DNA of 50,796 nucleotides. Source: a virus. Taxonomy: Duplodnaviria > Caudoviricetes. Positions 9,854 to 18,781 of this stretch are shown here, piece after piece. The stretch covers positions 1 to 50,796 of IMG/VR virus record IMGVR_UViG_3300020205_001870; one strand, written 5' to 3'. Both the position numbers and the translations under genes were made by a program. The notes under the pieces were generated by a model that was given only the letters and a program-made list of their open reading frames with translations, was not told where the DNA came from and did no database searches. The first letter of the stretch is position 1. Every line of letters begins with the position of its first letter.

Positions 9854-10111
9854 TTATCGACCGAGGTAGTTGCCTATTCCTCTAGCTTTATTATAACCAG
9901 TTGCCTCTTCAAATTCTAGAAGGGCTTGAGGGTGAACGCGCCTATCTCTAGAACCCGGAAGACGAATTCCTAAGAGTCTTCCGCTATCTACCCATTTAGC
10001 AACGGTGCGGGTCGAACAACCTAACCGCTTGGCAACTTGGCTGGTGGTCAACCATTTAGCCGGGAGATCTGCTGGAACTTGTAATCTCTGTAAATAGGAT
10101 TTAGCTTTCAT
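9854..10111 (-). CDS. Excisionase/MerR-type HTH_17 DNA-binding protein
   Basis: LTTSQVAKRLGCSTRTVAKWVDSGRLLGIRLPGSRDRRV. Confidence 0.85.
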   Translation of the reverse strand: MKAKSYLQRLQVPADLPAKWLTTSQVAKRLGCSTRTVAKWVDSGRLLGIRLPGSRDRRVHPQALLEFEEATGYNKARGIGNYLGR

Positions 10112-10352
10112 GACCCAGAGATTCCTCGTTTGATTCAACAAACGACGGCGGAACCAAATACCAGCCCTCAGGATATTCAAGGGGCTGAGAAGACTCTCGC
10201 CACTCTCCGTCAACGCGGTAATAGATTGCGCCGGAGACACGAGGACCAACACGGATGACCGAGTCTTCAGGAACGAGGACTGTCCTGCTTCCGCAGCCAC
10301 TCGCGAATGCGAGAACCACCACGGCGCAGCCGAGCATGATCCACATCAGCAT
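10101..10352 (-). CDS. Lipoprotein, putative o-spanin (Rz1-like)
   Basis: Hydrophobic signal peptide ending in lipobox FASG/C; overlaps the upstream TM gene in another frame. Confidence 0.55.
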   Translation of the reverse strand: MLMWIMLGCAVVVLAFASGCGSRTVLVPEDSVIRVGPRVSGAIYYRVDGEWRESSQPLEYPEGWYLVPPSFVESNEESLGHES

Positions 10353-10437
10353 CCTTGGCAGTAGAGCCTCGCTCAATTCTGCGCTCAAGGAACGAAAAAA
10401 GCGCGAGCGCGAAGGAGGCAATGATTCGGTCGAGCAT
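10267..10437 (-). CDS. Small membrane protein, putative i-spanin (Rz-like); not in the ORF track
   Basis: GAGGAG RBS; MLDRIIASFALALFSFLERRIERGSTAKDADVDHARLRRGGSRIREWLRKQDSPRS (56 aa). Confidence 0.55.
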   Translation of the reverse strand: MLDRIIASFALALFSFLERRIERGSTAKDADVDHARLRRGGSRIREWLRKQDSPRS

Positions 10438-10474
10438 GGGGCATTCTCCTCAAACCAATCATCATACCCTTGGT

Positions 10475-10672
10475 TCACTTAGCACCCGCCTTTTCACTGG
10501 AGACATTGTTGTCCCGTGCAAAGAGCAGTCCGATGCCTGCAATCAAAGCAGCGAATGCTGTTTCCCATTGAGGCATAGTGGTGGGGTCATTATCAAACTG
10601 TGCTTGCACTGCGGCCAACACAGAAATGAGGATGGCGAGAATTCCGGCAGAAGTAGTTTTCCATGAAGTCAT
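10475..10672 (-). CDS. Putative holin (2 TM segments)
   Basis: SWKTT start, two hydrophobic helices, charged C-terminus ARDNNVSSEKAGAK. Confidence 0.7.
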   Translation of the reverse strand: MTSWKTTSAGILAILISVLAAVQAQFDNDPTTMPQWETAFAALIAGIGLLFARDNNVSSEKAGAK

Positions 10673-10938
10673 TTTGAATACCTTTCAAGACGGTCTAGTC
10701 GGGCAGAAAGTTGTGAAAGGCGATCATCGGTTTGTGTTCCCTTAAGGGTCAAACCGATATTGGCCTTTGCCAAATCGGACACAATGCTACTAAGTTCCTT
10801 TACTTGTTCACCGGTCTGGATTAATTGTTGATCCTTGCGGCCCATGTAGACAAGTATAGATCCAAAGACCACCAACATGGCTACAAATTGAGCCCACGTT
10901 GCAACAAGTTGAGATGTTTTTCTTTGCTCTTCGGTCAT
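10669..10938 (-). CDS. Membrane protein with coiled coil, lysis-cassette associated
   Basis: One N-terminal TM segment plus heptad repeats; ATGA-coupled to the holin. Confidence 0.6.
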   Translation of the reverse strand: MTEEQRKTSQLVATWAQFVAMLVVFGSILVYMGRKDQQLIQTGEQVKELSSIVSDLAKANIGLTLKGTQTDDRLSQLSARLDRLERYSK

Positions 10939-11333
10939 GAAAGAATTACTGCCTTTCGTTCGGGAGTGAGCAACCCCTGCATAACAAGATAATCCATCCC
11001 CCCAATAGTGGTAGGATCGTCGGATTTAATCTCTTGTGCAGCCGTGGCCAACGTAAGGAAACGCCATGCAACAGGATCAGTAAGTGCTGCTGCACGGATG
11101 CCAAGCAATTCCGCTTCCGTGAACCGCAGCAAGAACTGGTACGCAGTCCATACAGGGGGGACTACGGGCGGCTTGAACCGAGGGGTCGCGCCAGCCGCAT
11201 AGGTCCAGCCCCGATCAAGTTCTTCACCCTCCTGCAATTCAATCTTGTGTGGAGCAGGGGTTGGAGGGAGGGTGTGTTCTTTGATTACAAGAACGCTGTT
11301 TGTTTCAAGGTTAACGTATGCGTACCAACTCAT
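10935..11333 (-). CDS. Putative tail-fibre assembly chaperone
   Basis: Directly downstream of the fibre gene; FLLRFTEAE...[12 protein letters not shown] signature typical of fibre-adjacent proteins. Confidence 0.55.
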   Translation of the reverse strand: MSWYAYVNLETNSVLVIKEHTLPPTPAPHKIELQEGEELDRGWTYAAGATPRFKPPVVPPVWTAYQFLLRFTEAELLGIRAAALTDPVAWRFLTLATAAQEIKSDDPTTIGGMDYLVMQGLLTPERKAVILS

Positions 11334-12634
11334 CGGACAACCTCCGAAAGAATGCTGAGGTGATCTACCATGATGCTTCCCCCGCCAGATGAGCTTCCAG
11401 CGGAACGAATAGCAACGTGCGGGGACAGCAAAACGCCGTTCATATCTACGCTGTGCGAAGTCGCCAACGTCCCTTTACTAATGGTGTGAACCGTTGCGCC
11501 ACCAATTTTAATGGTGTATGTAATGGCGGCTCCCACAGTTTGAGTGATCAATTGAATCGTGCGCCACGCTGTACTCTTAGGCACCCCGGTAGAGAACTCG
11601 GCGTACCGAAGTTCCCCGATTTCAAAGTCACTTCCGGTGTAGCGCACCATCCAGTTTGGCATACTGGCGTTGATCCATACACAGATTCCGAGTGTGCCAT
11701 ACCCAAACGTTTCCAGAAAGAAGTCAACACCATCTGTAAAGCAAACCCCTGCTTGAAAATTTGCGGTTGCAGAGGGCAACGTATTCACACGCACAACAGC
11801 GGTTATGGTGTTGGAAGACAAAGATTGAGACACGCTGCTTCGACAAATGGTGCCGTTATTGAGAACGAAACCACCGATGGAAGCTGTGTTGCTCGACGAA
11901 CTTCCGAAGGCACCGACAGCACAACTGGTCATCCCTACTTCCAAGACACCCGCACGGTCTACAAACACGCCGTATGCGGGGGCAAGGACAGGGCGGACGT
12001 AGCTGTTTCCTAGCGTGTAGGCATTGAAATCCCCGGTGCTATAGCCTTCCGTAACGGCGTATGCTTGCGTGATGAGGGGGATTGTGCCATCGGATCCACC
12101 GCCACCACCGCCAGCTGGGCCTGTCGGGCCGACCGGGCCAGTCGCGCCTGTCGCACCTTGGATACCTTGGATTCCCTGCGGGCCAGTCGCGCCTTGCGGC
12201 CCGGTCGCTCCCGTAGGTCCAGTTGGACCCGCAACGGTACTAGCCGCGCCCGTTGCGCCCGTTGCGCCTGTCGCTCCCGTCAATCCTTGAATACCCTGCG
12301 GGCCAGTCGCACCAGTCGCGCCCGTCAGACCTTGGATTCCCTGCGGCCCGGTCGGGCCAGTCGCGCCTGTTGGCCCCGCGGCCCATGTTCCATCTCCGCG
12401 CAGGAATGTGGTGTTATTAGCGGTACTCGTTCCAAGTCTGGCGGGCGCAATGAAGCCAGACACAACGGCACTCGCGTCATGCGTGTGAACTAGTGGGGCC
12501 GTTCCAATGCCACCAACGGTTGTGCCATCACCGATGTACAGTTGCTTGGTGTCGGTGGTGAACATAGGCTCACCCGCAACAGGAGTTACCGCTGTACGCT
12601 GTGCATTTGTTCCGCGTCTAACTTGTAGGGGCAT
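11330..12634 (-). CDS. Tail fibre with Mtd_N-like N-terminus and collagen-like repeats
   Basis: LQVRRGT...[17 protein letters not shown]; TFLRGDGTW; (GXY)n; beta-rich C-terminal head. Confidence 0.8.
   Translation of the reverse strand: MPLQVRRGTNAQRTAVTPVAGEPMFTTDTKQLYIGDGTTVGGIGTAPLVHTHDASAVVSGFIAPARLGTSTANNTTFLRGDGTWAAGPTGATGPTGPQGIQGLTGATGATGPQGIQGLTGATGATGATGAASTVAGPTGPTGATGPQGATGPQGIQGIQGATGATGPVGPTGPAGGGGGGSDGTIPLITQAYAVTEGYSTGDFNAYTLGNSYVRPVLAPAYGVFVDRAGVLEVGMTSCAVGAFGSSSSNTASIGGFVLNNGTICRSSVSQSLSSNTITAVVRVNTLPSATANFQAGVCFTDGVDFFLETFGYGTLGICVWINASMPNWMVRYTGSDFEIGELRYAEFSTGVPKSTAWRTIQLITQTVGAAITYTIKIGGATVHTISKGTLATSHSVDMNGVLLSPHVAIRSAGSSSGGGSIMVDHLSILSEVVR
12115..12378 (-). repeat. 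Collagen-like Gly-X-Y coding repeat
   Basis: [12 protein letters not shown] triplets. Confidence 0.9.
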
Positions 12635-12643
12635 GGGGAATCC

Positions 12644-12835
12644 TTAAAGAGATCCGAAATCTACGGACTCAATTGATGGAGTAAGGAAGGTTCCAAAATC
12701 TTTAGAGGTTGCCGAAGGCATAAGAAAGGAACCGAAATCAAAGTCTTCGGGAAGACTAGGAGAAACAAAAAAGAAAATGTTAGTGGCTTTAATAATGCTA
12801 CGTCTAGATACATGACGAGATCGTTTTGAGCGCAT
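12644..12835 (-). CDS. Small hypothetical protein with three DFG[S/T] repeats
   Basis: Fills the gap between neighbours; DFGSFLMPS, DFGTFLTPS, DFGSL. Confidence 0.6.
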   Translation of the reverse strand: MRSKRSRHVSRRSIIKATNIFFFVSPSLPEDFDFGSFLMPSATSKDFGTFLTPSIESVDFGSL

Positions 12836-12838
12836 GGT

Positions 12839-13729
12839 TCAACCTAGAAAGACACCCATCATAAAGAAGTTGGCCCCGACAGCTCCGTTCAGAGTTCCGT
12901 CCCCCGCGTTAATTGTGTAGGTCGGGTAGACGGGCGCAGAAGCGAGAGAAAGTACAATCTCTTGGCATCCGGTAGTTGCAAACTCCAAGCCTTGCCCAAT
13001 CATCGGGCCATTCACAGAGCTGGTATACGCAGCAATTTGCGGGCTAGTTAGAGTGGTCGAGCTTGCAGTTGAATTGGAGATAGACACATCTCGGGGCAGA
13101 GCATAAGCCCCACCAACACCTGCTCCCGTAACCAGATTACGGGGAACAGAAGAGAACGCCGTTGCACTATGCACCGCTGTGGAGACATTAGAAGTTGTAA
13201 AATTCGAGGCGTAGGTAGGGAGCGGCATCCACATTCCGTGTTCCCGGACAGAAAATTGGGGTATCGCCAATGGTTGCTTTGTTCGGATCACATCATCAGG
13301 GATAAGAGCCTGCTGCATCTTCCCCGCAAGGGATGTGTTCTTCGTTTCTGGAAGCAGACCGAAGGGGATAATTTGAGGCGGTGTCCATCCTGAAAGATCG
13401 TTGATAAAGGCCACCGGAATTTCAGGTGTGCCTGTAGTATTCGGCACCGTATCTAGCACCAACATTGGAAAGACATAGATGCGGTCATAGGCAGCAGGAA
13501 TCTTGACCGGGTAAACAGCATCGTCTAGGCGATTCACCCACGGAAGAAACCTAGTTGCAGTAAGGGTAGGTGCGGGAAAGGCGGCGGTAGTCTGATTCGA
13601 ACTGGTGTGGGCAGTAGAAGACCGCACGTGATAGAGAACAAAGGGGGACGAGGCCAAGGTGGCGGTTGCACCGAAGGCGTAATTAGCCGGTTCAACTGTG
13701 CGGAATACTTGAAGGGGGGTGTTCGGCAT
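12839..13729 (-). CDS. Hypothetical, probably structural protein
   Basis: GGAG RBS; Thr/Ser/Ala/Pro-rich; first gene of the fibre block. Confidence 0.6.
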   Translation of the reverse strand: MPNTPLQVFRTVEPANYAFGATATLASSPFVLYHVRSSTAHTSSNQTTAAFPAPTLTATRFLPWVNRLDDAVYPVKIPAAYDRIYVFPMLVLDTVPNTTGTPEIPVAFINDLSGWTPPQIIPFGLLPETKNTSLAGKMQQALIPDDVIRTKQPLAIPQFSVREHGMWMPLPTYASNFTTSNVSTAVHSATAFSSVPRNLVTGAGVGGAYALPRDVSISNSTASSTTLTSPQIAAYTSSVNGPMIGQGLEFATTGCQEIVLSLASAPVYPTYTINAGDGTLNGAVGANFFMMGVFLG

Positions 13730-14240
13730 TGGTAATAGCTCCGTTGATTAAGAGTCTTGCGACTTCTTCCCCCACTGATTTGCGTTGTTCGGGGGTTGCG
13801 GCGGGGAGGTAAAGGATTTGAATGCGACGTTCGAGACAGATCCTGTGAAGGGCATCGACCACCAGCCAAGGGTCATAATCTAATTGTGACCGGGCGGTAC
13901 GGACTAAATGGGCAACAGACCCTTCGAGTATTAGTATCGGATGAGAACACTCCAATCGCAAACGATCACAGGCAGAGACGAATCGCTCTCTCCCGCTAGG
14001 GGTCAACAGATTGGACGCGAGTTCAAGAAGATGCTTCTTCCGTTCAACAAGAACCCGAGACTCAAAGTCTTTTAGTGCGTAGTCCCCGGTTTGAAGGCGT
14101 TTTTTTACAACCGTAAGGGAAACGGTACAGGTTTTCCGGGCACACGGAAGATGAGTGTCATCCAACATGACAATGTGCGCGGGAAATATGAGCGGTGTTT
14201 TCTCCCGATCATCCTGAAAGATGGTCCAAGATTTGATCAT
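13692..14240 (-). CDS. ERCC4 (XPF/Mus81-like) nuclease, probable branch or junction resolvase
   Basis: DDREKTPL, LQTGDY, VERK, LILEG motifs. Confidence 0.85.
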   Translation of the reverse strand: MIKSWTIFQDDREKTPLIFPAHIVMLDDTHLPCARKTCTVSLTVVKKRLQTGDYALKDFESRVLVERKKHLLELASNLLTPSGRERFVSACDRLRLECSHPILILEGSVAHLVRTARSQLDYDPWLVVDALHRICLERRIQILYLPAATPEQRKSVGEEVARLLINGAITNAEHPPSSIPHS

Positions 14241-14527
14241 GCAAGAACAGATCTTGTTTCACGGTCCACGCGGGATAGGACTTCCTTGATCCGCGATTCC
14301 GCAATACGGAAGGCCGCAGAAATTTCAGGGATGGTAAGCACCCGAGAAGCGTGAACAATCTGCTTTTCAATTCGGCCACCGGGCTTGACCAATGGGTTGG
14401 TCGGAGCGTTATGCCGACGAGCGAGATCAAAGATTCGCTTTCGGGATAGCCCTACCTTGATGGCAACCTCTGCTGCATTATGACCGCGCTTAAGGAGGTG
14501 GATTACTTCTTTGTGGTTAGGTTGCAT
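14237..14527 (-). CDS. HTH DNA-binding protein
   Basis: GHNAAEVAIKVGLSRKRI and a second HTH-like TIPEISAAFRIAESRI. Confidence 0.65.
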   Translation of the reverse strand: MQPNHKEVIHLLKRGHNAAEVAIKVGLSRKRIFDLARRHNAPTNPLVKPGGRIEKQIVHASRVLTIPEISAAFRIAESRIKEVLSRVDRETRSVLA

Positions 14528-16620
14528 ATAGGCTCATAGATGGTTCGTTCATAACGAATGGGGATACGTCGCCCCAATCTTGTGCATAGTTTACACCAGT
14601 ACCCCTCCTCTGTCACGTAACGAAACGATTCCTTGAACAACATATCTAAGCGGTCAAGGGCTTGAGTGTTTTTAACATCGAAGTAGATGGCATCGTAGAC
14701 GTTTAAGCACATCAGAATATCGGGAGCTGCTGCGTTCAGTGGGGGAAGAGAGTGGTGTAGGCGGTGTTGAATTCGCAGAAGAACATTACCGGCTGTGCAT
14801 TGAATAGGCATATTGACAATTTCGGAAAGGTCATAAGCATCTCCCCCCATGAAGCGGCGGGATTGCCCGATGAAGGGGAGATCTATAAACCCTTTAGCTC
14901 GTGTCTCTTTGATCAGCTGTTCTTGCCAACGCCATAACCCCGGCCTTGTAAGCGCACGGGTTCGGACAATGTTCTCGCAGATCGAAAGCGGCACCACAAT
15001 CCCAGTCATTTTAAATACTTGGGTTTGTAGAGTCGGTGCTCCTGCCCGGAAGAGATCTCCGAAGTTCGCACCCTTGGCGGCTTGTCGATAGATCGTTTTA
15101 AAGTCCGGGTCGTCTGTAATCTGGGGCCCAAATACTTGAAGGGCCCGACCAGTATGTAAATCCAGTGGGGGTTCAGCAAGAAACGCAGAGCACAAAGCGT
15201 CATCTCCAGAGAGAAGGCCCGCGACCACCATTTCTATTTGAGATAGGTCGTAACCAACGATACGGCCCGTTGACCACCGGCTACGGTAGTGGCGTTTAAT
15301 TTCCGGCGGATCGGTTTGATGCCGAAAGTTTTTACAGGTGATACGCCCCTGTAAAGTTCCTCCCTCTCCCCCCGCGCCATCCTTAGAAGCAGTGGGGGTT
15401 ACAAACCATGTAGGGTAGGAGATAGCAACGGAAGATTTAGGACGACGAATAAGGCGACTAGATTTATTGGTTGGATCTTTACGTTGATGGCGGAGCAGCG
15501 GGTAGAAGTAGGAGGACAGTAACTTTTGGAGGCTAGAGTATTTACCTAGGATTTGAAGAAGAGATATAAGATGTGCCGCAACAGGTGTTTGTATGTTCGT
15601 TAGCTGGGCAATGAACAGTTGCCTATTGATATCGTTGACTGCTACCTGCTTACGGGTTTCAGTTAGTTGAAAGAGGGGATGAGATCGGATGTCTGGGTTT
15701 TCTGTTTCAATAAGGAGACAAGATTCTTGGAGCAGTCCCAGTTTGGATGCGGCAGAACCCTTGCCCTCAAGGATTAGATCGTGATCTCGGGCTTGTCCCA
15801 CGAGCTGTGACATCTGGAGCAACAGGCTCTGTTCATGACCCACAAGGCCGTCGTAGTCCATGGGCAACCCCGCCTCTGACATCCGGATAACGGTCCAGAT
15901 CGTGTCGCTGTAGTGGGTGATGCACTCGGGGCTGAGTTTGTCAGTGTCGGGGTAGTCGGAACGGATTCGGCGGGCGAGCTCGGCGCAGGCGAGAAGGGTG
16001 TTGTGGGTGTCGGCTGCGTTGTATCGGTGGAGCTCAGGGGATTTGGCATCATGATATCTCTTGGTTCTATCTAGTTGTTCTTGGGGGTAGGCGTGGGTGC
16101 CAAGGATAGGGCCAAGCGATTTCAGAGATCGTTCAGGACGTAGTTCTGAATGAAGATAATTCAGAACCGAAAGATCAATAAGAACTTGATTGGATAGATG
16201 GAAGCGAAGATCAGGCTGGGACCGGAGGTAGAGCAGATCGAATTGCAGGTTCATGCCAAGGATGGTGTGGGCATGAGTGAGCCATCGGGCTAGATGAACT
16301 CGATGTTCTGGTCGGTGGAGTTGGAAGACGAAGGTTGGCCCGGGACGAAGGTCGGCCAGTTGTACATCATCAGTGGCAACTGTGATTGAAACGGATTGAA
16401 CCAGATCACGAAGTCGGCATCCGTCCACATCAACTGATCGGGCAGGATGGAAGACGGTTTGGTCGGGGAGGAGTTGTCCGGAGACAGAAAATCTGGTGAT
16501 GCCATAGGTTTCAATGTCCAAGGATATGGTATGGGGATCGGGCCGGTTGAATGTCTGGTTCGGTAGGGATTGGGGCGATCCCCTTAATCGTGGAGGTAAG
16601 CAGTTCAATGTGGTCTTCAA
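14503..16620 (-). CDS. polA: Family A DNA polymerase with 3'-5' exonuclease (start unresolved)
   Basis: ExoI LDIET, ExoII NLQFD, ExoIII YNAAD, motif A DLSQIE, motif B RQAAKGANFG, motif C VYDA. Confidence 0.9.
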   Translation of the reverse strand: MKTTLNCLPPRLRGSPQSLPNQTFNRPDPHTISLDIETYGITRFSVSGQLLPDQTVFHPARSVDVDGCRLRDLVQSVSITVATDDVQLADLRPGPTFVFQLHRPEHRVHLARWLTHAHTILGMNLQFDLLYLRSQPDLRFHLSNQVLIDLSVLNYLHSELRPERSLKSLGPILGTHAYPQEQLDRTKRYHDAKSPELHRYNAADTHNTLLACAELARRIRSDYPDTDKLSPECITHYSDTIWTVIRMSEAGLPMDYDGLVGHEQSLLLQMSQLVGQARDHDLILEGKGSAASKLGLLQESCLLIETENPDIRSHPLFQLTETRKQVAVNDINRQLFIAQLTNIQTPVAAHLISLLQILGKYSSLQKLLSSYFYPLLRHQRKDPTNKSSRLIRRPKSSVAISYPTWFVTPTASKDGAGGEGGTLQGRITCKNFRHQTDPPEIKRHYRSRWSTGRIVGYDLSQIEMVVAGLLSGDDALCSAFLAEPPLDLHTGRALQVFGPQITDDPDFKTIYRQAAKGANFGDLFRAGAPTLQTQVFKMTGIVVPLSICENIVRTRALTRPGLWRWQEQLIKETRAKGFIDLPFIGQSRRFMGGDAYDLSEIVNMPIQCTAGNVLLRIQHRLHHSLPPLNAAAPDILMCLNVYDAIYFDVKNTQALDRLDMLFKESFRYVTEEGYWCKLCTRLGRRIPIRYERTIYEPICNLTTKK

Positions 16621-17179
16621 CGGTATGGATGAGAGAGTTGTTGCGAAGGATCGCTGCGGGATGCAGCGTTGTGAAGACCGAGGCAGAACGGCCTAGGATT
16701 TGGCGAAGCTTTCCGTTCTGGGAGATAGATGCTTTATGGGAGTAACGTAGATTTAGATGGAGCCGATGGAATTGGGATGTTGAGGATGACCCTAGAAGTA
16801 GGATGAATATCGGTTGATCTGGATGGCGGGTGAATATGGTTGCGAGATCGTCCCGGTGATGATTGAAACAGGACTTGTAGTCTTTGGATTTAGCGTCAGG
16901 TTCCGGACCGCAGCGTGTGAGATAGGTGCCATAGATTGTGCATAAGGTGGATAGTTCGGATAGAAGAATGTCCCGAAGCAATCGCCCCGGTTTACCAACG
17001 AAGGACTCGGCGTGTATATGTTCGTGATACCCGGGAGAGGGACCGATGCAGACGAGGACGGGCGCGTCCGGCCCCGGCAATCCCCACTGGGTAGTGGGAA
17101 CGCCGGGGTTTCGGGGCACCAGTTCCCATCGACCGCAGGCACGGCAGTCGGGATGTGATGGGAAGACGGGCAGGTTCAC
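16511..17179 (-). CDS. Family-4 uracil-DNA glycosylase-like protein (SPO1 polymerase N-terminal type)
   Basis: CRAC and later Cys (Fe-S type), GPSPG..E....FVGKPGRLL, LHPAAILRN; GTG start with GGAG RBS. Confidence 0.8.
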   Translation of the reverse strand: MNLPVFPSHPDCRACGRWELVPRNPGVPTTQWGLPGPDAPVLVCIGPSPGYHEHIHAESFVGKPGRLLRDILLSELSTLCTIYGTYLTRCGPEPDAKSKDYKSCFNHHRDDLATIFTRHPDQPIFILLLGSSSTSQFHRLHLNLRYSHKASISQNGKLRQILGRSASVFTTLHPAAILRNNSLIHTVEDHIELLTSTIKGIAPIPTEPDIQPARSPYHILGH

Positions 17180-17583
17180 TCGGTGTTCTCCTTGAAGCAG
17201 TCCCATCCCATGATTTCCGCGCAACCTTCGGGAGTTGTGACTTCAACAGTTTTGCCACCGACACGGCGAAACACTCCTCCTATATGGATGCTCATTTTGC
17301 AGACGCTTTGCCTTGCCTCGTCGCGCTCAGTGCGCATTCGGTCACGGTCGTAACTCGCTCCTCGATATGCCAACATAGATCCGTCAAGGTCATTCCGTAG
17401 CCGTTCGATTTCGTCTTCGTAGGCGGCTTCTCGACATCTTGCGCGAAATCCGTAGCCACCCTCAATGTCGCGTAGCCGCTCGATCTCAGCGGTGGCGGAG
17501 GCGAGGGCACGACGGTAGCGGGTGGACTTGGTGGTGCGGGCGAGGGCGGCGAGGTCGTTGAGGTCGGTGGGTTCAGGGTTCAT
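17176..17583 (-). CDS. Hypothetical coiled-coil protein
   Basis: Repeated EIERLR; GWDCF C-terminus; coupled to neighbours. Confidence 0.7.
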   Translation of the reverse strand: MNPEPTDLNDLAALARTTKSTRYRRALASATAEIERLRDIEGGYGFRARCREAAYEDEIERLRNDLDGSMLAYRGASYDRDRMRTERDEARQSVCKMSIHIGGVFRRVGGKTVEVTTPEGCAEIMGWDCFKENTE

Positions 17584-17875
17584 TGTCTACTCCGTCGGAG
17601 TTGGAGCCACGGTCGCAGTGGTTGATGCAGTCGGTGGGTCGAGCGATGTTGTCCCAGTCAGCGTTGGCCCGGTAGAACCCGGTGTACGAGGGCTCACGGG
17701 GCAGGTCGTGGTGGGTGAGCAGGTCTTCGAGGTCGCGGTTGAAAGCAACAAGCTTCTCGTGGTGGACGGTGTCGGTGAAGGGGGGGAAGGCGAGGCGGAT
17801 GTGCTGGACGTTGTGGGTCCAGTTAGATTCCTGCTTACGCCACGGGTGATTCTTGGCGGGGATGTTGGCGGTCAT
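17573..17875 (-). CDS. Hypothetical protein
   Basis: AAGGA RBS; C-ending codon bias. Confidence 0.65.
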   Translation of the reverse strand: MTANIPAKNHPWRKQESNWTHNVQHIRLAFPPFTDTVHHEKLVAFNRDLEDLLTHHDLPREPSYTGFYRANADWDNIARPTDCINHCDRGSNSDGVDNEP

Positions 17876-17927
17876 GGTGGTTCCTTGGTTGGGAGAGGGG
17901 TGGTCGCATCACCCCCACTGCTAGCTG

Positions 17928-18296
17928 TTACTTCCTGTCTTGGATTAAAGCTGCGGCGAGTTTCTTATAGTCCAAGTAGTGGACTATTTCGGCATTGTCT
18001 ACTTCCTTAGCGATCGCATAAGGGGAGACGTAAGTAGCAACGTTTGCGGGTTCGATGAAGTCAATGACCCGATCAATAAATTTAGAGGACTCTAGGTGCT
18101 TGGTCATTTCCCGTTCCATAAACTCCGCGACCGCATGCGTAGTCGGCAAGGTTAAAGAATCCTTTGACTGAGCGGCCAAGATTTCTTTGACCTGCGCAGC
18201 GATTAAATCTTGCACGAAGGACATGCCGAAGATCTCTCGAATAAATCCCTTGAGAGCGAGGGCTTGCGTAAGTTGTTCTTCGATATGGCTGGTCAT
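17928..18296 (-). CDS. Hypothetical protein
   Basis: AAGG RBS; co-oriented with the arm. Confidence 0.65.
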   Translation of the reverse strand: MTSHIEEQLTQALALKGFIREIFGMSFVQDLIAAQVKEILAAQSKDSLTLPTTHAVAEFMEREMTKHLESSKFIDRVIDFIEPANVATYVSPYAIAKEVDNAEIVHYLDYKKLAAALIQDRK

Positions 18297-18403
18297 AGTT
18301 GTGCCTTGTTAGGATGCGAGAATGGAGAAGACGATATACAAGAAGGACGCGATGTAAAGGGTTACGGGGTTAAGAAACCTGAAGGGGTTAGGCGTTGGCC
18401 GTT

Positions 18404-18781
18404 TCAATGTTCTCCCTGCGCCAGTAAATTCTTCCGCTCCGCGTCGGGGCAATAAGTGGGGGCGACGAACATGAATACTTTGTTCGCTTCTTCTTCGTCA
18501 TTCAGTAGGTAGTTACGCACCATGCGTGATGGTTCATGATTCGTGAAGACTCGAAATAGGTACTCGTGATATTCCCCGGGGGTAAGGACTTCGCGTATGG
18601 CGGTACCTTCCGGGGTCAGGACTTTGGTTAGTTCGAGTGACTGGCCCCAACCGAAGGTGAATATAAATATGGCGGTGAAGGATTCCCCCTTGCGAATAGG
18701 CTCGTCAATGGCGCAGTGGACTTCCCCGTCCATCCCGTACTTGTGGACTTGACAATCAAAGATGTCGCATTTAGATGCCAT
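18404..18781 (-). CDS. Hypothetical protein
   Basis: GGAG RBS before MASKCDIF at 18781. Confidence 0.65.
   Translation of the reverse strand: MASKCDIFDCQVHKYGMDGEVHCAIDEPIRKGESFTAIFIFTFGWGQSLELTKVLTPEGTAIREVLTPGEYHEYLFRVFTNHEPSRMVRNYLLNDEEEANKVFMFVAPTYCPDAERKNLLAQGEH

Noticed and set aside
9854-10111. Integration/excision module
   Set aside because: No tyrosine or serine integrase was recognised; HTH_17 alone does not imply lysogeny
11417-12493. Plus-strand ORFs over the tail fibre
   Set aside because: Shadows of GC-rich and collagen-repeat coding sequence
11330-12634. Diversity-generating retroelement target (Mtd_N-like fibre)
   Set aside because: No reverse transcriptase and no template/variable repeat pair seen
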